Positions 36,137-47,528 of a stretch of 64,000 nucleotides of DNA are shown one piece after another. Position 1 is the first letter of the stretch; each line of letters starts with the position of its first letter. A program made the translations under genes and the position numbers. The notes under the pieces were generated by a model. The model worked only from the letters and a program-made list of their open reading frames with translations, was not told the origin of the DNA and searched no databases. Location: NCBI RefSeq assembly GCF_963506605.1, contig NC_083276.1, forward strand, positions 75,454,001 through 75,518,000. The letters are read 5' to 3'. Origin of the DNA: Zootoca vivipara. Taxonomy: Eukaryota.

Positions 36137-36765
36137 GTTTCCTTTTGTGCTTGATATTCCATGGCCCATGATCTGTGTCTAGTGCATTTGCTGTTTGGCT
36201 TTCCAGTGTTAACATGCATTTTGTTTTCCTTCCATGGCAGAAAATTTGATAGAATAACTGGATGCATTCTCTGTAACACAAAAGTATGCTTTAACTCTGT
36301 CATAATCCAGCATGTTGGCTTGAGCTAGGAACTCCCAATTATAACTCTGATGCTGAATTCATTCAGAGGCAAAAAGTCTTTTACAGCACCTTGAACATTT
36401 TATTGTGATGCGAGTCTTTTCAGGCCATTCCCCATTTCATTGGATGCATGTAGTAGCAAACAAAAAAAGCTAAGATAGGTGCATATACAAGCATGCTGAA
36501 TGCCTGAAAATTGTAGTAACTTTGACATTCTTGTGTGAAGTCTCACCATCCATGAATTTTGAGAATATTTGCAGTCAGACACCCCTGCTTGGGATCCCCC
36601 CATTAAAATATGTTTGTTATTTCTGCATGTGGTGGGTTTCACCTGAGCGTCTTGATATCTCTCACTTGTGTCTCGGTGATTCTGTTTTGGCTCTGTTCCT
36701 GTTGAAACTCAACCACCTGAGACTGCTGTTAAAAGGAGCAAGTATGACCTGCAACAAAATGTTGC

Positions 36766-37345
36766 TGTCATGGATGCAGAGGAATGGAGGGAGGAATCAG
36801 CTGGGGAACCACCAAGGGAAGAAGGTCTAGAGCCCCGGGAGAGATGATGGGACAACAATGAGTGGTCAGACGGAGAAGACTGGGAAGAGATGTAGGAAGT
36901 GGAAGAGGTAACGGCTTGGTGAGCTATAGCAGAGAGAAGTAAAGGATCAGAAGCCAGAGCTGGCGAGTGGGAGGTGAAAAGGCAGAGATGAGTCAGGCTG
37001 GTGAAGAGTGACATGTGTCTCCTGTTCCTGCTGCAACAAGCTCCACTCTCCCCTGTTTCCCCGAAGCTAGAGACGTGTGAAAAGGGTGGAGGAGAGATTG
37101 ACTGCACACAAGTGCAGTCTCCCATTGCTTGGAAAAAGCCCTGGAGAGGAGGAGACAGACAGCTGTGGGGAGGCAGGGACCTTTACTATCAGCAACTGAT
37201 TTCATGGAGTAAAACCCACCAGGAATGAGCTGCTGTGCTCATTAGGCATGACACTCATGCAAGTCAGTGGAAACTGTGTTTTTGCTAATAAAGAATTAAC
37301 TCCAACTTTAAACTATGTGGTTCCTGACAGGCCTGCTCTATGACA
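36766..37345 (+). mobile_element. Solo LTR (Gypsy-like)
   Basis: TGTCAT...ATGACA inverted termini, AATAAA near 37287, 5-bp TSD GTTGC/ATTGC. Confidence 0.7.
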
Positions 37346-38337
37346 ATTGCAGTAGGGAGTGCTCCTGTTCTAGTTTCCAGCCACTCCATTTCATTCCATT
37401 TCCTACCCCTCACTCACCCAGTCAGTCAGCAGTTCGTGTCCACAGAGTATACTTGGTTATTGGGCTGTTTGGTTCCCCTCTCTCTAAAAGTGCGTTTGCA
37501 CTTCTGCAGACTTGGGGTCCTCCTGCAAGTGTGCTGATACCTCCCACATCTGAGTGTGATTCTGGTTTGGCTGCATTGTAGCAGTCGCCCCTAAAATGAA
37601 CAGTGACACAAATGCATCTCTGAATTCTCGGGTATTCACAAAATTTGGCAGGGATTCTCGGCATTCATATGTGAATGTTGATATTTGCAAATTTCCACTG
37701 TAACATAAAATTTCCAACTATAATACCCAGTGGGGGAAAATACAGTTTTACAAATTGACATTGAGACTTAATACAGTTTAAAAACAGAGAATATATATGA
37801 GTCTATATGAGTCAATCTATTGAAATTAAGGAGATCCGGCCATTATTTGCTTATGCAATCACAGCCGACCATTTCCAGCTGGTGGTCAGTTTGCATGACG
37901 CTGCATGTGAGATCATTACTGTCTGTAGTGACTTGGCAGTAAGCAATCTGTCAGGTGCTGTAGGTTGGCCCAGTGGCACCCAGTGCTTGAAGGCTGATGC
38001 CTTGCAGTGAGGAACCTTGGTATGCTGCTTTCTGCTTTGAATAATCCCAAAGCTGTGTTAATGTTTACCTTCCTGAATGGGCCAAATGCAGAAATGACCA
38101 GGGTGAGTGGAGCACATGTGCATATGTGTTACTCTGGGCTTGCAACACATGGTTGCTTAATGGTTAATACATATTTGACGGCGTAGAGACCATTGATTTT
38201 TATACCATGATCCATTTAACCATTATTTCTTTGACAGTCACACAGTAGAAAAATTATAAAAGACATATTTGTGTTTGAAAATGTGGCACTTTGTGATTAG
38301 ACCGGTTCATATTTGTCTTCATGTTTTCTATTAACAG

Positions 38338-38382
38338 GTTGGATGAAAGAAGTGAAGAAGAATGCCAAAAACATCAAAATAG
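38338..38382 (+). CDS. CHID1: CHID1 coding exon (45 nt)
   Basis: cag|(G)WMKEVKKNAKNIKI(V)|gtgact; phases fit the neighbouring exons. Confidence 0.92.
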
Positions 38383-40079
38383 GTGACTTTGTAGAAAAGC
38401 TTCCATATTTTGCAGGGGGTTGAGCTAGGTGACCCTCAAGGCCCCTTCCAAGTCTACAGTTCTATTATTTTTAGCCCCAATGGGTCCTGGCTCCCTATTG
38501 CCCTCGTGTTCTGCCTGCAGTCTTTCCATGGGCCTTTAGCTGGAAGACAAGCTGCTGAACCAGATAGATCCTTCATCAGATCCAGTAGGGCTCTTAATGT
38601 TTGTAATTTTTGAAATGTGAGTTTGGCACAAATTGAACCCATTCTTGGAGGGCAACTTCGGAAGCATTAATTTTAATTGTGTCATACTATTCTGGGTTCC
38701 TGCACTCATCTGCCTTAGCCAAATTCTTTATAATGCCTGGGTCTATTTTCCTGCTGCCTTTGTAGTTGGGAAATTGTAATCGGCCGCTGGGGATTCACAA
38801 CAAAATGCTGCCAGTGTTAACAGAAGTCATTCAGTCAGCCTGGAACAAGAGTCTTGTAGTGCAGCCTGGGGATCACCAGGGTGGTGATAGAGGGATTTCA
38901 GGAATGGGGAAAGGAAAAATTACACCCCTCATCCATTTCCTACCCTCCTAAAATCTCTGCTTTCTCACTGATAGGTCCCAGACCACCCTAGTTGTATATA
39001 AGAGGAAATGCAGATCAAAGAGTTGCCAGGCTTTTTTAAAAAAATAAAAAAGCAAAGGAGTAGGCTTTCTGTCCTCTCTCTTTTTAGCACAATGGAAAAT
39101 TGTATGTGGCTAATCCCATATATCACACATTCAAGAGCAGCAGGGTGGAATGAAGCAGCAGGTTTATCACCACTGTAAAAGCCCTGAGCAGGGGAGATGT
39201 GTGTGGACTCAGCTATGCAGCTGCAAATAAAATGTTTTAAGTGTGTTGTAAAGTACAATATAGAAATGTGACACTAGATGGCAACAGTGAGCTATGGCAA
39301 TTTCAATGCATTAAAAAAATTAAAAAAGCATTTTCACAGCATTTTTTATATGTGTGTAGATTTCACCTACGTGTGGGATGCTCAAATGTGTTCTTTTTTG
39401 TTTCACAAGCTCCATGATGGTGCAGCGGGTGGGCCTGGATCAGACTCCTTTCCACAAGATGGACCAGCATTGGATCCTTGGCTAGCCCTCCTCTGCCCTT
39501 TCAGCACCCCATTCCTGTGCCTTCACTGGCATCAGCTGTAGCTTCCTATCCACTTACCGTACACTTGCTGGGTTCTGATGTTTATCCTGACCCAGAAATC
39601 AGTTTCCCACGGAAGATTAATGGAAGAACGTGTTCCTACTCCACAAAATTGCTTAGCTTCTCCTTACCTGTACCCCAAAATTTGAGGTAAAAGGGGACAT
39701 GATTTGAAGTCTTGGTGCATATGGGCAGCCACACCGAGCTCCAAATGTTTATGCTGAAAGGGAGTAATTTGCTATACAGGTGCCACATACCAGGGATGGA
39801 AGACTTGTGTCATCTAGATTTTGTTAGGACTGCAACTCATGTCACCCCTGACCATTGGCTGTGGTGATGGGGGCTGATAGAGTCCAACAACAGCTGGTGG
39901 GATCACAGTTTCTCCATCCTGGTCACATATTTCCACCTGAAGTACATTAATAAGGATGGAGCAAGTTTTAGTAGTGGAGAAGGAGTGGAATACGTATTTC
40001 AAGAGAGCATGCCACAGCAGTTTTCCTAATAGCGTAGAAAATTAATAGTCTCTCTTTCTCCCTTTCTGTATTTTTTCAG

Positions 40080-40186
40080 TTCCACGACTTTTGTTTGAAG
40101 GCTGGACTTACCATGACTTTGAGAGTGTCTTTGTCAGTGAAGATGAGATAGAAGAGCTTTCTAGCAACCTGATCCAAATAGCCAAG
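40080..40186 (+). CDS. CHID1: CHID1 coding exon (107 nt)
   Basis: cag|(V)PRLLFEGWTYHDFESVFVSEDEIEELSSNLIQIAK|gtatct. Confidence 0.95.
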
Positions 40187-40858
40187 GTATCTTAAGCCTA
40201 TCTCTGAAAAATAAAGAGCTAGTGGCTTTTTAATGTGGCTTTTTAAAATTATTGATGACGTATCAGGGTTAGTGAATTAATTCTGGCTTAGATGTCACAA
40301 ACAGGTTTTATATATTACAAACAGGAGTGAATAAAGGAAGCTTGATTCTTAAATGTGGAAGTAATTTTTTTAATGTGTTGTTAGTGCTCAATAGCATGTG
40401 GGTGAAAAGGAGGGCTAAATGCTAGCATGTTTAAACTCAGGGGCTGTGAATTGTGTTTACATAAAAATCCCTAGGTGACACAGTGCATACTGATATTTTA
40501 TTTATTATTTAATTCACCATGATTGTAAAAAAAGACCTCAAAGCAGTTTGATGTGATACTGTAATTTATATGTGGGCAGCATGGTTGTGTTTAAAATCTA
40601 TTGCCTTATTTATAAAAACTGCATAAACAGCCATTTTACATGATGATGTCCAGGTAAGCAAACTAATGAAATAGCAACATAGCTTAAAACAAAACCAGTA
40701 AGCACAGGCATTCTAATTAAATGGCGAAACAGCAGCAGCAGAAAAGGAATAACCTACACCTGATCAAAGCATTAAGAGGCAAAGGCAGGATTCTTTTCAT
40801 GAGATGTTTAAACTTTCAACATCAAAAGTAATAACCACAATGATATTTGTTCAGAATA

Positions 40859-41233
40859 CAGTGGTATCTCTGGTTATTAACTTAATCCAGGCATCCCCAA
40901 ATTTCGGCCCTCCAGATGTTTTGGACTACAAGTCCCATCATCCCTGACCATTGGTCCTGTTAGCCAGGGATCACGGGAGTTGTAGGCCAAAACATCTGGA
41001 GGGCCACAGTTTGGGGATGCCTGACTTAATTCATTCTGGAGGTCCGTTTGTAACCTGAAACTGCTCGTAACATGAGGCACGCTTTTGCTAATGGCGCCTC
41101 CCGCTTCTGCCATGCGACTTCCACTCGCATCCCAGAGCAAAGTTCACAACAAGGAGCATCTACTTCTGGGTTAGTGGAGCTCGTAACCCGCAGTGTTCGC
41201 AAGGAGGAGAGTACGTAACACGAGGTTCCATTG
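40859..41233. mobile_element. Tigger-like MITE with a nested hAT MITE (40888-41023)
   Basis: Outer TA|CAGTGGTATCTC...GAGGTTCCATTG|TA; inner CAGGCATCCCCAAA TIRs with TSD ACTTAATC/ACTTAATT. Confidence 0.85.
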
Positions 41234-41268
41234 TAAATTTACAATCTCCAATGTTTTCATTATTTTAG

Positions 41269-41330
41269 AATGAGAATTTTGATGGCTTTGTGGCTGAAGT
41301 TTGGAGTCAGCTAGGAAATCAGAAGCAAAC
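41269..41330 (+). CDS. CHID1: CHID1 coding exon (62 nt), degenerate GH18 motif
   Basis: tag|NENFDGFVAEVWSQLGNQKQ(T)|gtaagt. Confidence 0.95.
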
Positions 41331-42919
41331 GTAAGTCCAGGATTTTCAAGATGCTATTTTTTTTTTTTGTATGTCGAGTTTCACTGACGATTTAATAGGA
41401 TTCATTCAAAAGAAAACATGCTTAGGAGTACTGTGTAAGTAAATTACGGTCAAGAAACTTGACAGAGTAGATACCACTAAGGGTCTTTTCTGATGTTTAC
41501 TGTTGTGTGGTGACTATTTCAGTGTGTGCTGCACCAGGAAAATCTAGGGCACATTTTAGGAATCCACAGCTGTGATTGTAGGAGTTAGAGTAATGGTTGC
41601 CTGGAAAGATGATGTCTCTTGGACTCTTTATCCATGTAGCCTAAATATCCCCAAACTATTAGAGCATCATGGGAAAGAGATATGCTGCAATGCCTCCTGT
41701 AGGACCCTGAAATGACAGTCACCCCCCACTTTTCATGTGCAAACTGGTTACCACTAATTTTGTGGTTATCTGTGAAATCAGGTAACACGGGAAGGCATCA
41801 ACAAGAGGGTATGGGGAAATTATTTTAAGCAAAATGATAAATGCATCGGCTTTCTGCCTTCTTTCCCACTGTCACATTGCCTTGTTTCTTCCCTCCTTTT
41901 TGCTTGTCAGATCTGGCCCCAGCAATTCTTTGTTCTTAATGGTAGAGACGTCAACAAAGAAATCCTAGGTGTTTATAGTCAAGATTAGCATTGATCTCCT
42001 GATTGCTGTTTGTCCAACAATTTCAGGTTGCAAAAAGGCCTGTCACCTTGCTTAAATGAGTATTGTTGGTGGTGTCTGCTGATGCCAGAGGAAAAACAAT
42101 CATTAAGTACCATAGGTGTAATCCCTTTGCCTTAATGTGGCTCTTAGACCTGACAGTGGGATTTTATCAAGATCACAATGTTTTCAAAAGCTTTTTTCAG
42201 GGAAGGTGAGCGATAGATTAGCTGCATCATCAGTGTAGGTAGATCATGCCAGTTCTTTGAGCGTGGGGTCGCGTTATTACCCTACTGAAGGGAAAAATGT
42301 ACTGTTTTTGGAGGCAGGGAGCGGAAGTTGCTCAAGTTGTTAATATGATTTGATTCGGGACCCCCAGTGTGGTGTGCAATAATACTCCAAATCTATGTAA
42401 TCCTGAAACCAGGTCAAACATTCCAAACAAAATTAACCAGAAATTAAAAAGGCAAAGAAAGTATAACAGGTAAAACTTCAGTGTCACAACCAGACACCAT
42501 TGAAAGTCAGGTGAGTAGTAAAAATTTCTACTTTCATCTAATAGCCATAAGAGAAAGAGGACTTTGGGGCATGTGCCCTTTTTGTGCTGAGACCTATTTG
42601 CTAGCTAAGAAGCTAAACAGGAAGCAGTTCTTGTTTGGTAGAGTCACTTCCCAAGCAAGCCCTTAGGAAGCAATACTGAAATCAGTCTCTAGAGCACCCC
42701 ATTTTGCCAAGAAGTGAGAAGTTTCAGGATTTCCAACGGTTACCTGTGGTTGGTTTCCTTTGGATGAGGTCACAGAAGACTTGTGGCATTTTGCAGCATT
42801 TGCATATATAGAAGAACATAAGAAGAGCCTGCTGGATAATGTCAATGGCCCGTCTAGTCCAGCAACCTGTTCTCACAGTGGCTACCCAGATGGGAAACCT
42901 GCAAGCATGACCCAAGCAC

Positions 42920-43079
42920 CATACCTGCCAAGTTGCTGTCAGAGAAATAAGGGACCGGGCCGGAAATAGCAGACCGGAAGTAGCGCTGCCGCCATTTTGG
43001 AACTGGGCGGAGCATGCTCAGAAGTGACAGCTGGGAAAACGGGGATTTCCCGGGGAAAACGGGAGACTTGGCAGCTATG
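42920..43079. mobile_element. 160-bp hAT-like MITE
   Basis: TIRs CATA(C/G)CTGCCAAGT, perfect 8-bp TSD CCAAGCAC; inserted into a CR1-type 3' remnant. Confidence 0.88.
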
Positions 43080-43236
43080 CCAAGCACAACAGCACTCCCC
43101 GCTCCTGTGGCTCCCTGTAATGATACAGGTTGAGTATAGGTGGAAGTTTGCAATTTAAACATTCAAGCCACTGTCCCAAAATTTGCCGCCACATCAGATT
43201 TCTGGGACTTTGCCAGCACCATCAGAATCCTTACAG

Positions 43237-44048
43237 CAGTGTTTCTCAAGCTTTTTTGGGCCACGGCACACTTGTTCCATGAAAAAAATCACGAGGCACA
43301 CCACCATTAAAAAAGTTAAAAAATTTAACTCTGTGCCGCCCTATATTGACTATATAATTATGACTGTAATTTATTCTGTATCTCTTCCTCTCCCCGCTTT
43401 TTAAATACCAGTAAATGAAGCCAAAAGAGAGACAACAGTGCTTAAATGCACAGATGTTTAAATGCACTTACTTGCAGGCATGCTAAGGTAGATTTCATTC
43501 GGAGGGAGGGGAGGAGAGGTGGAGAGAGGGAGAAGGGGAGGGAGCACAGCCCAGAGCCGGCTCCACTCGCACTATATTGTTCCAGGCACCGAGGCGAGTG
43601 GGGGTGGGGAGAGAAAGAAAGAAGCTGCAGGGAAATAAAGCGGCAGTTGCTTACACGTGCGTAAACGGGTGCCGCTTTATTTCCCTGCACGGAGGAGGGA
43701 GGAGGGAGGAAAGCTGGAAAGCTCTGCAAGGGAGGAGGGAGGAAAGCTCCGTGAGGGAGAAAAGCCCCGTGCATCCCCTCTCCCTGGACTGAAAGAAAGC
43801 CGTAGCTGCTTACATGCGAGTAAGCGGCTGCTGCATTCTTTCCCTGCAGGGAGGAAAGCCCCGCGTGTCCCCTCTTCCTGCACGGAAAGCAAGCGGCAGC
43901 CGCTTACATGCGAGTAAGCTGCTCCTGTTTTCTTTCCCTGCAGGGAGGAATGCCTTGTGAAAGATTGGCGGCCGCCAGGCGTCGCAGCACACCAGCCAGC
44001 GTCGGGCGGCACAGTACTGTGCCGCGGAACAGCGGTTGAGAAACGCTG
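43237..44048. mobile_element. 812-bp non-autonomous hAT-Charlie element
   Basis: TIRs CAG(T/C)GTTTCTCAA, perfect TSD CCTTACAG, CpG-rich interior with a repeated CTTACATGCGAGTAAG motif. Confidence 0.9.
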
Positions 44049-45166
44049 CCTTACAGAGAGCAGTTCAGCCCTCTTGTCCTCTTGACTCCAGCTGCAATGA
44101 CAAGCTGCTTGTATTTACACAAGACTCTGAATTAGCACATTTTACTGCCTGGAGTCTGACAAGCCTTTCCCTGGTGATCATGTCAGTTTCATTGGAGTGC
44201 AGAGAGGGGAGATGGTGAAGGAAATCTGCATATATGAATGATAAGGCTTCCCTGCCATGCTTCAACAAAGCTTGAAATATGAAAAAGCCATACCCAAATG
44301 TGTACAACTACTCTATGGAGAGAAAAAAGATAACACATTTGTTCAGATGCGGCACAAATAATGCAGGAAATGAGTTTGTAAATTCACATTCCCACATGGC
44401 TATCAATCTGTTTTAAAAACATGGAATCACGATACAAATTTGTGTAGAACTGCATTTCTGTATTTCATACATGTGCATCAAAAATAGGAGAGAGGCTCAA
44501 AATGCATGAAATCTATCTTAGTTACTTGCAATTGAGTTCAGAGCAGTTATATTCACAGGGTTTCTGAACTCGGATCAATGCATCTGGTTCCATGCACTCT
44601 GGGGGAGTGCTGGATGTGAAGAATGACAGTCTCAACAAACATTATTTGTTTCTAACCCCGGGCATGCTAGTTCATGTCATAATTACGTTTAGAGGAAAAT
44701 TATGTTATTGTTTCCTACCCAAACAAAACTGGATTTTGCTACTTGAAATATGATGTGCTGTTCTTAGTATTATCCACACAGTGGCAGTATTGTGATAACT
44801 CTGTTATTCACTGATCTTTTTAGAGGATCATATTTTTTTCTTTAGCCATGGCAAGTTAAGGGAGGGATCTGAAACTATTGGAAGGTTTATCGTAGATTAA
44901 TGCTATCTCGTTTGTGTTCCCAACATTTATATACTGATGGTAGTAATCATGCTGAAGTGGTCTGAAAGGGAGAAAACTCCAGGTTAATTGGGCTCTGATT
45001 ATTCTCTCTTTTTAAAATTTGGGATAAGTAGTCACATGAACAATAGCACTAGCATTTTTTTTTTCAAATTAGCCAAAGGCAGTGGAGTCCAGTTCTTAGT
45101 CACACAAATACTACCGACTACCTAAAACAGAAAACAAAGATGTGTACCTGAAACACTCAAGGGATC

Positions 45167-45258
45167 CATAGCTGTCAAGTTTTCCCTTTTCTCGCGAGGA
45201 AGCCTATTCAACATAAGGGAATTTCCCTTTAAAAAAAAGGGAGAACTTGACAGTTATG
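45167..45258. mobile_element. 92-bp hAT-like MITE
   Basis: TIRs CATA(G/A)CTGTCAAGTT, perfect TSD AAGGGATC; TIR related to 42920-43079. Confidence 0.88.
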
Positions 45259-45483
45259 AAGGGATCATTTTCTACTATAACTAAGATTTGCTGATCTTAT
45301 TATCAATATTTAATAATCATGTACAGAGTGGATAGATCTAGAGAAGAATAAGGATTCCAAACTTTGTGTAGAAGTGAAAGATCTGAATATACAGGAATAA
45401 GCTTCCATTCTGGACAATTGTAGTGATTGCTGTTAGAAGCCATTTAAGTAAACTAACTGCAGGTAAGCTTGCATCTTAGTAAA

Positions 45484-46029
45484 TGTCAGGGGGTTGTTGC
45501 GGCTACTCTCGAGTAAAGACGCTCCAGTCCACACTGTCTTTAAGAGTTTTATTGTGCATACTATTTACAGTGCAGAGATAGCAGAAAACATGACCACCTA
45601 GTCACTTTCAGAACCTGGCAATGGCTTCCCTCTGCTTCTGGGCCAGCGCAAAAGCCTGGGCACCCTGAAACGCCTCCCCTAAGCCCCACGTGTGGGCGCG
45701 CGCCTCAATTCAGGCGCCGGAAGGAAAGGTCTCGCCTCTTGCTGGCTGGGGTGGCGCCTGGGCTCTGGCGTCTTGCTGAGGCCCTCATCCGCTGTCCCTC
45801 GACCAGAGCAGTGCCAAGGCTTTGACGTATCGCTGAGCCCTTCCTGCCTGCTCTGTTCCCCAGAGCGGTGCTAAGGCTCAGACACGTCACTGAGCCCTCT
45901 CTCCATTCCACTCCATTCCTCATTCCCTCCTCCTGACTCGCTGCTTGTGCTATCACTGGGCGAAGTGCTGGTCAGGATGACGGGGGGGGGGGGGAGGGGG
46001 GAGTCTCCTTGTAGGGAGTCTCCCTGACA
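45484..46029 (-). mobile_element. Solo LTR (Gypsy-like), young
   Basis: TGTCAGGG...CCCTGACA termini, perfect 5-bp TSD GTAAA, AATAAA on the minus strand near 45550, many intact CpGs. Confidence 0.85.
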
Positions 46030-47096
46030 GTAAAGAAAGCTTCAAAGACCGGGCCTTGAGAAATCTGACCTTGCCTGGTGATTTGGTATAGTGGAGGGGT
46101 ATGGATGTTAGAACTGGCCAACATTATTATTCATTTCTTTTGTCCTGGAAATTGAGCAGCTTGTCTATGGCAAGATGTTGAGCTGGAGCTTATGGAGTAG
46201 CTGCAGGTGAGACTCTTGAAACCCACCCGGCACATTAAAGTAGAAGTGGCAAAACTGGAAGCCTATATGTTTCCCTGCTTTTTGAACCTATTCAGAGATG
46301 AAAACAATCTCAACTATACTAAGCTAGGTTTTATTTTGCTGTTATAGTGAATAGAAACCCAGGCAGATTTGATGCTAACCCATCACATAACATTATACAG
46401 GCAATGAGGCATTCCCTTCTATTTCATGTGCAAGTGGAGGAACCTTAAAGGCTGCTCATGAAGAAGAGGGAAATATGTGAGCCCAAGGATTAACTGTGGT
46501 GTGTGCTCTTGTCACAGCTAAGTTAATCATATCTCTTCCAATCTATGGATGTGCATTGTTTTTCTGTATTTACAGTAGGTTGTAGTAGTCAGAGGCTGAC
46601 TACTTGAGTCTTACCATTTTCCTTTTGTGAGCAGCTAGTTGCAAATGATTACATTGGATGATAGTTAACTAAGTTTTATTCAGAGTAGACCTATTGAAAT
46701 TCATAGACCTGACTTTGTACTAGGGCTTCCTTTGAAGCTGACTCCGAAACTGCAATTAATCCAGAATGTGGCTGCCAGACTGGTGACTTGTAGTGACTGC
46801 TGGGACCATATAACACTGGTCCTAAAATATGGCTCCCAATATGTTTTCAAGCACAATTCAAAGTGTTGGTGTTGACCCTTAAAGCCCTAAACATTCGCAC
46901 CCTTGTATACCTGAAGGAGTGTCTCCACCTCTATCGTTCAGCCTGGACACTGAGGGCCTTCTGGTGGTTCCCTCACTGCAAGAAGTGAAGTTACAGGGAA
47001 TCAGGGAGAGGGCCTTCTGGGTAGTGGCTCCTGCCCTGTGGAATGCCCTCTTGTCAGTTGTCAAAGCGATGTCTGATGTATCATGTGTTCTTTATA

Positions 47097-47338
47097 CAGT
47101 GGTACCTCAGGTTACAAACACTTCAGGTTACAAATGCTTCAGGTTACAAACTCCGGTAACCCAGAAATAGCACCTCAGGTTAAGAACTTTGCTTCAGGAT
47201 GAGAACAGAAGTTGTGCTCCGGCGACGCGGCGGCAGCAGGGGGCCCAATTAGCTAAAGTGGTGCTTCAGGTTAAGAACAATTTCAGGTTAAGAACAGACC
47301 TCCAGAACGAATTAAGTTCTTAACCAGAGGTACCACTG
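47097..47338. mobile_element. Tigger-like MITE
   Basis: TIRs CAGTGGTACCTC, TA TSD. Confidence 0.9.
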
Positions 47339-47340
47339 TA

Positions 47341-47528
47341 CAGTCATACCTCGGTTTAAGTACGCTTCGGTTTGAGTATTTTCAGTTTAAGTACTCCGCA
47401 GACCCGTCTGGAACGGATTAATCCACTTACCATTACTTTCAATGGGAAAGTTAGCTTCAGGTTAAGTACGCTTCAGGGTAAGTACAGACTTCTGGAACCA
47501 ATTGTGTTTGTAAACTGAGGTACCACTG
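47341..47528. mobile_element. Tigger-like MITE (second family), abutting the previous one
   Basis: CAGTCATACCTC...GAGGTACCACTG with TA TSD; inverted copy at 59851-60022. Confidence 0.9.
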
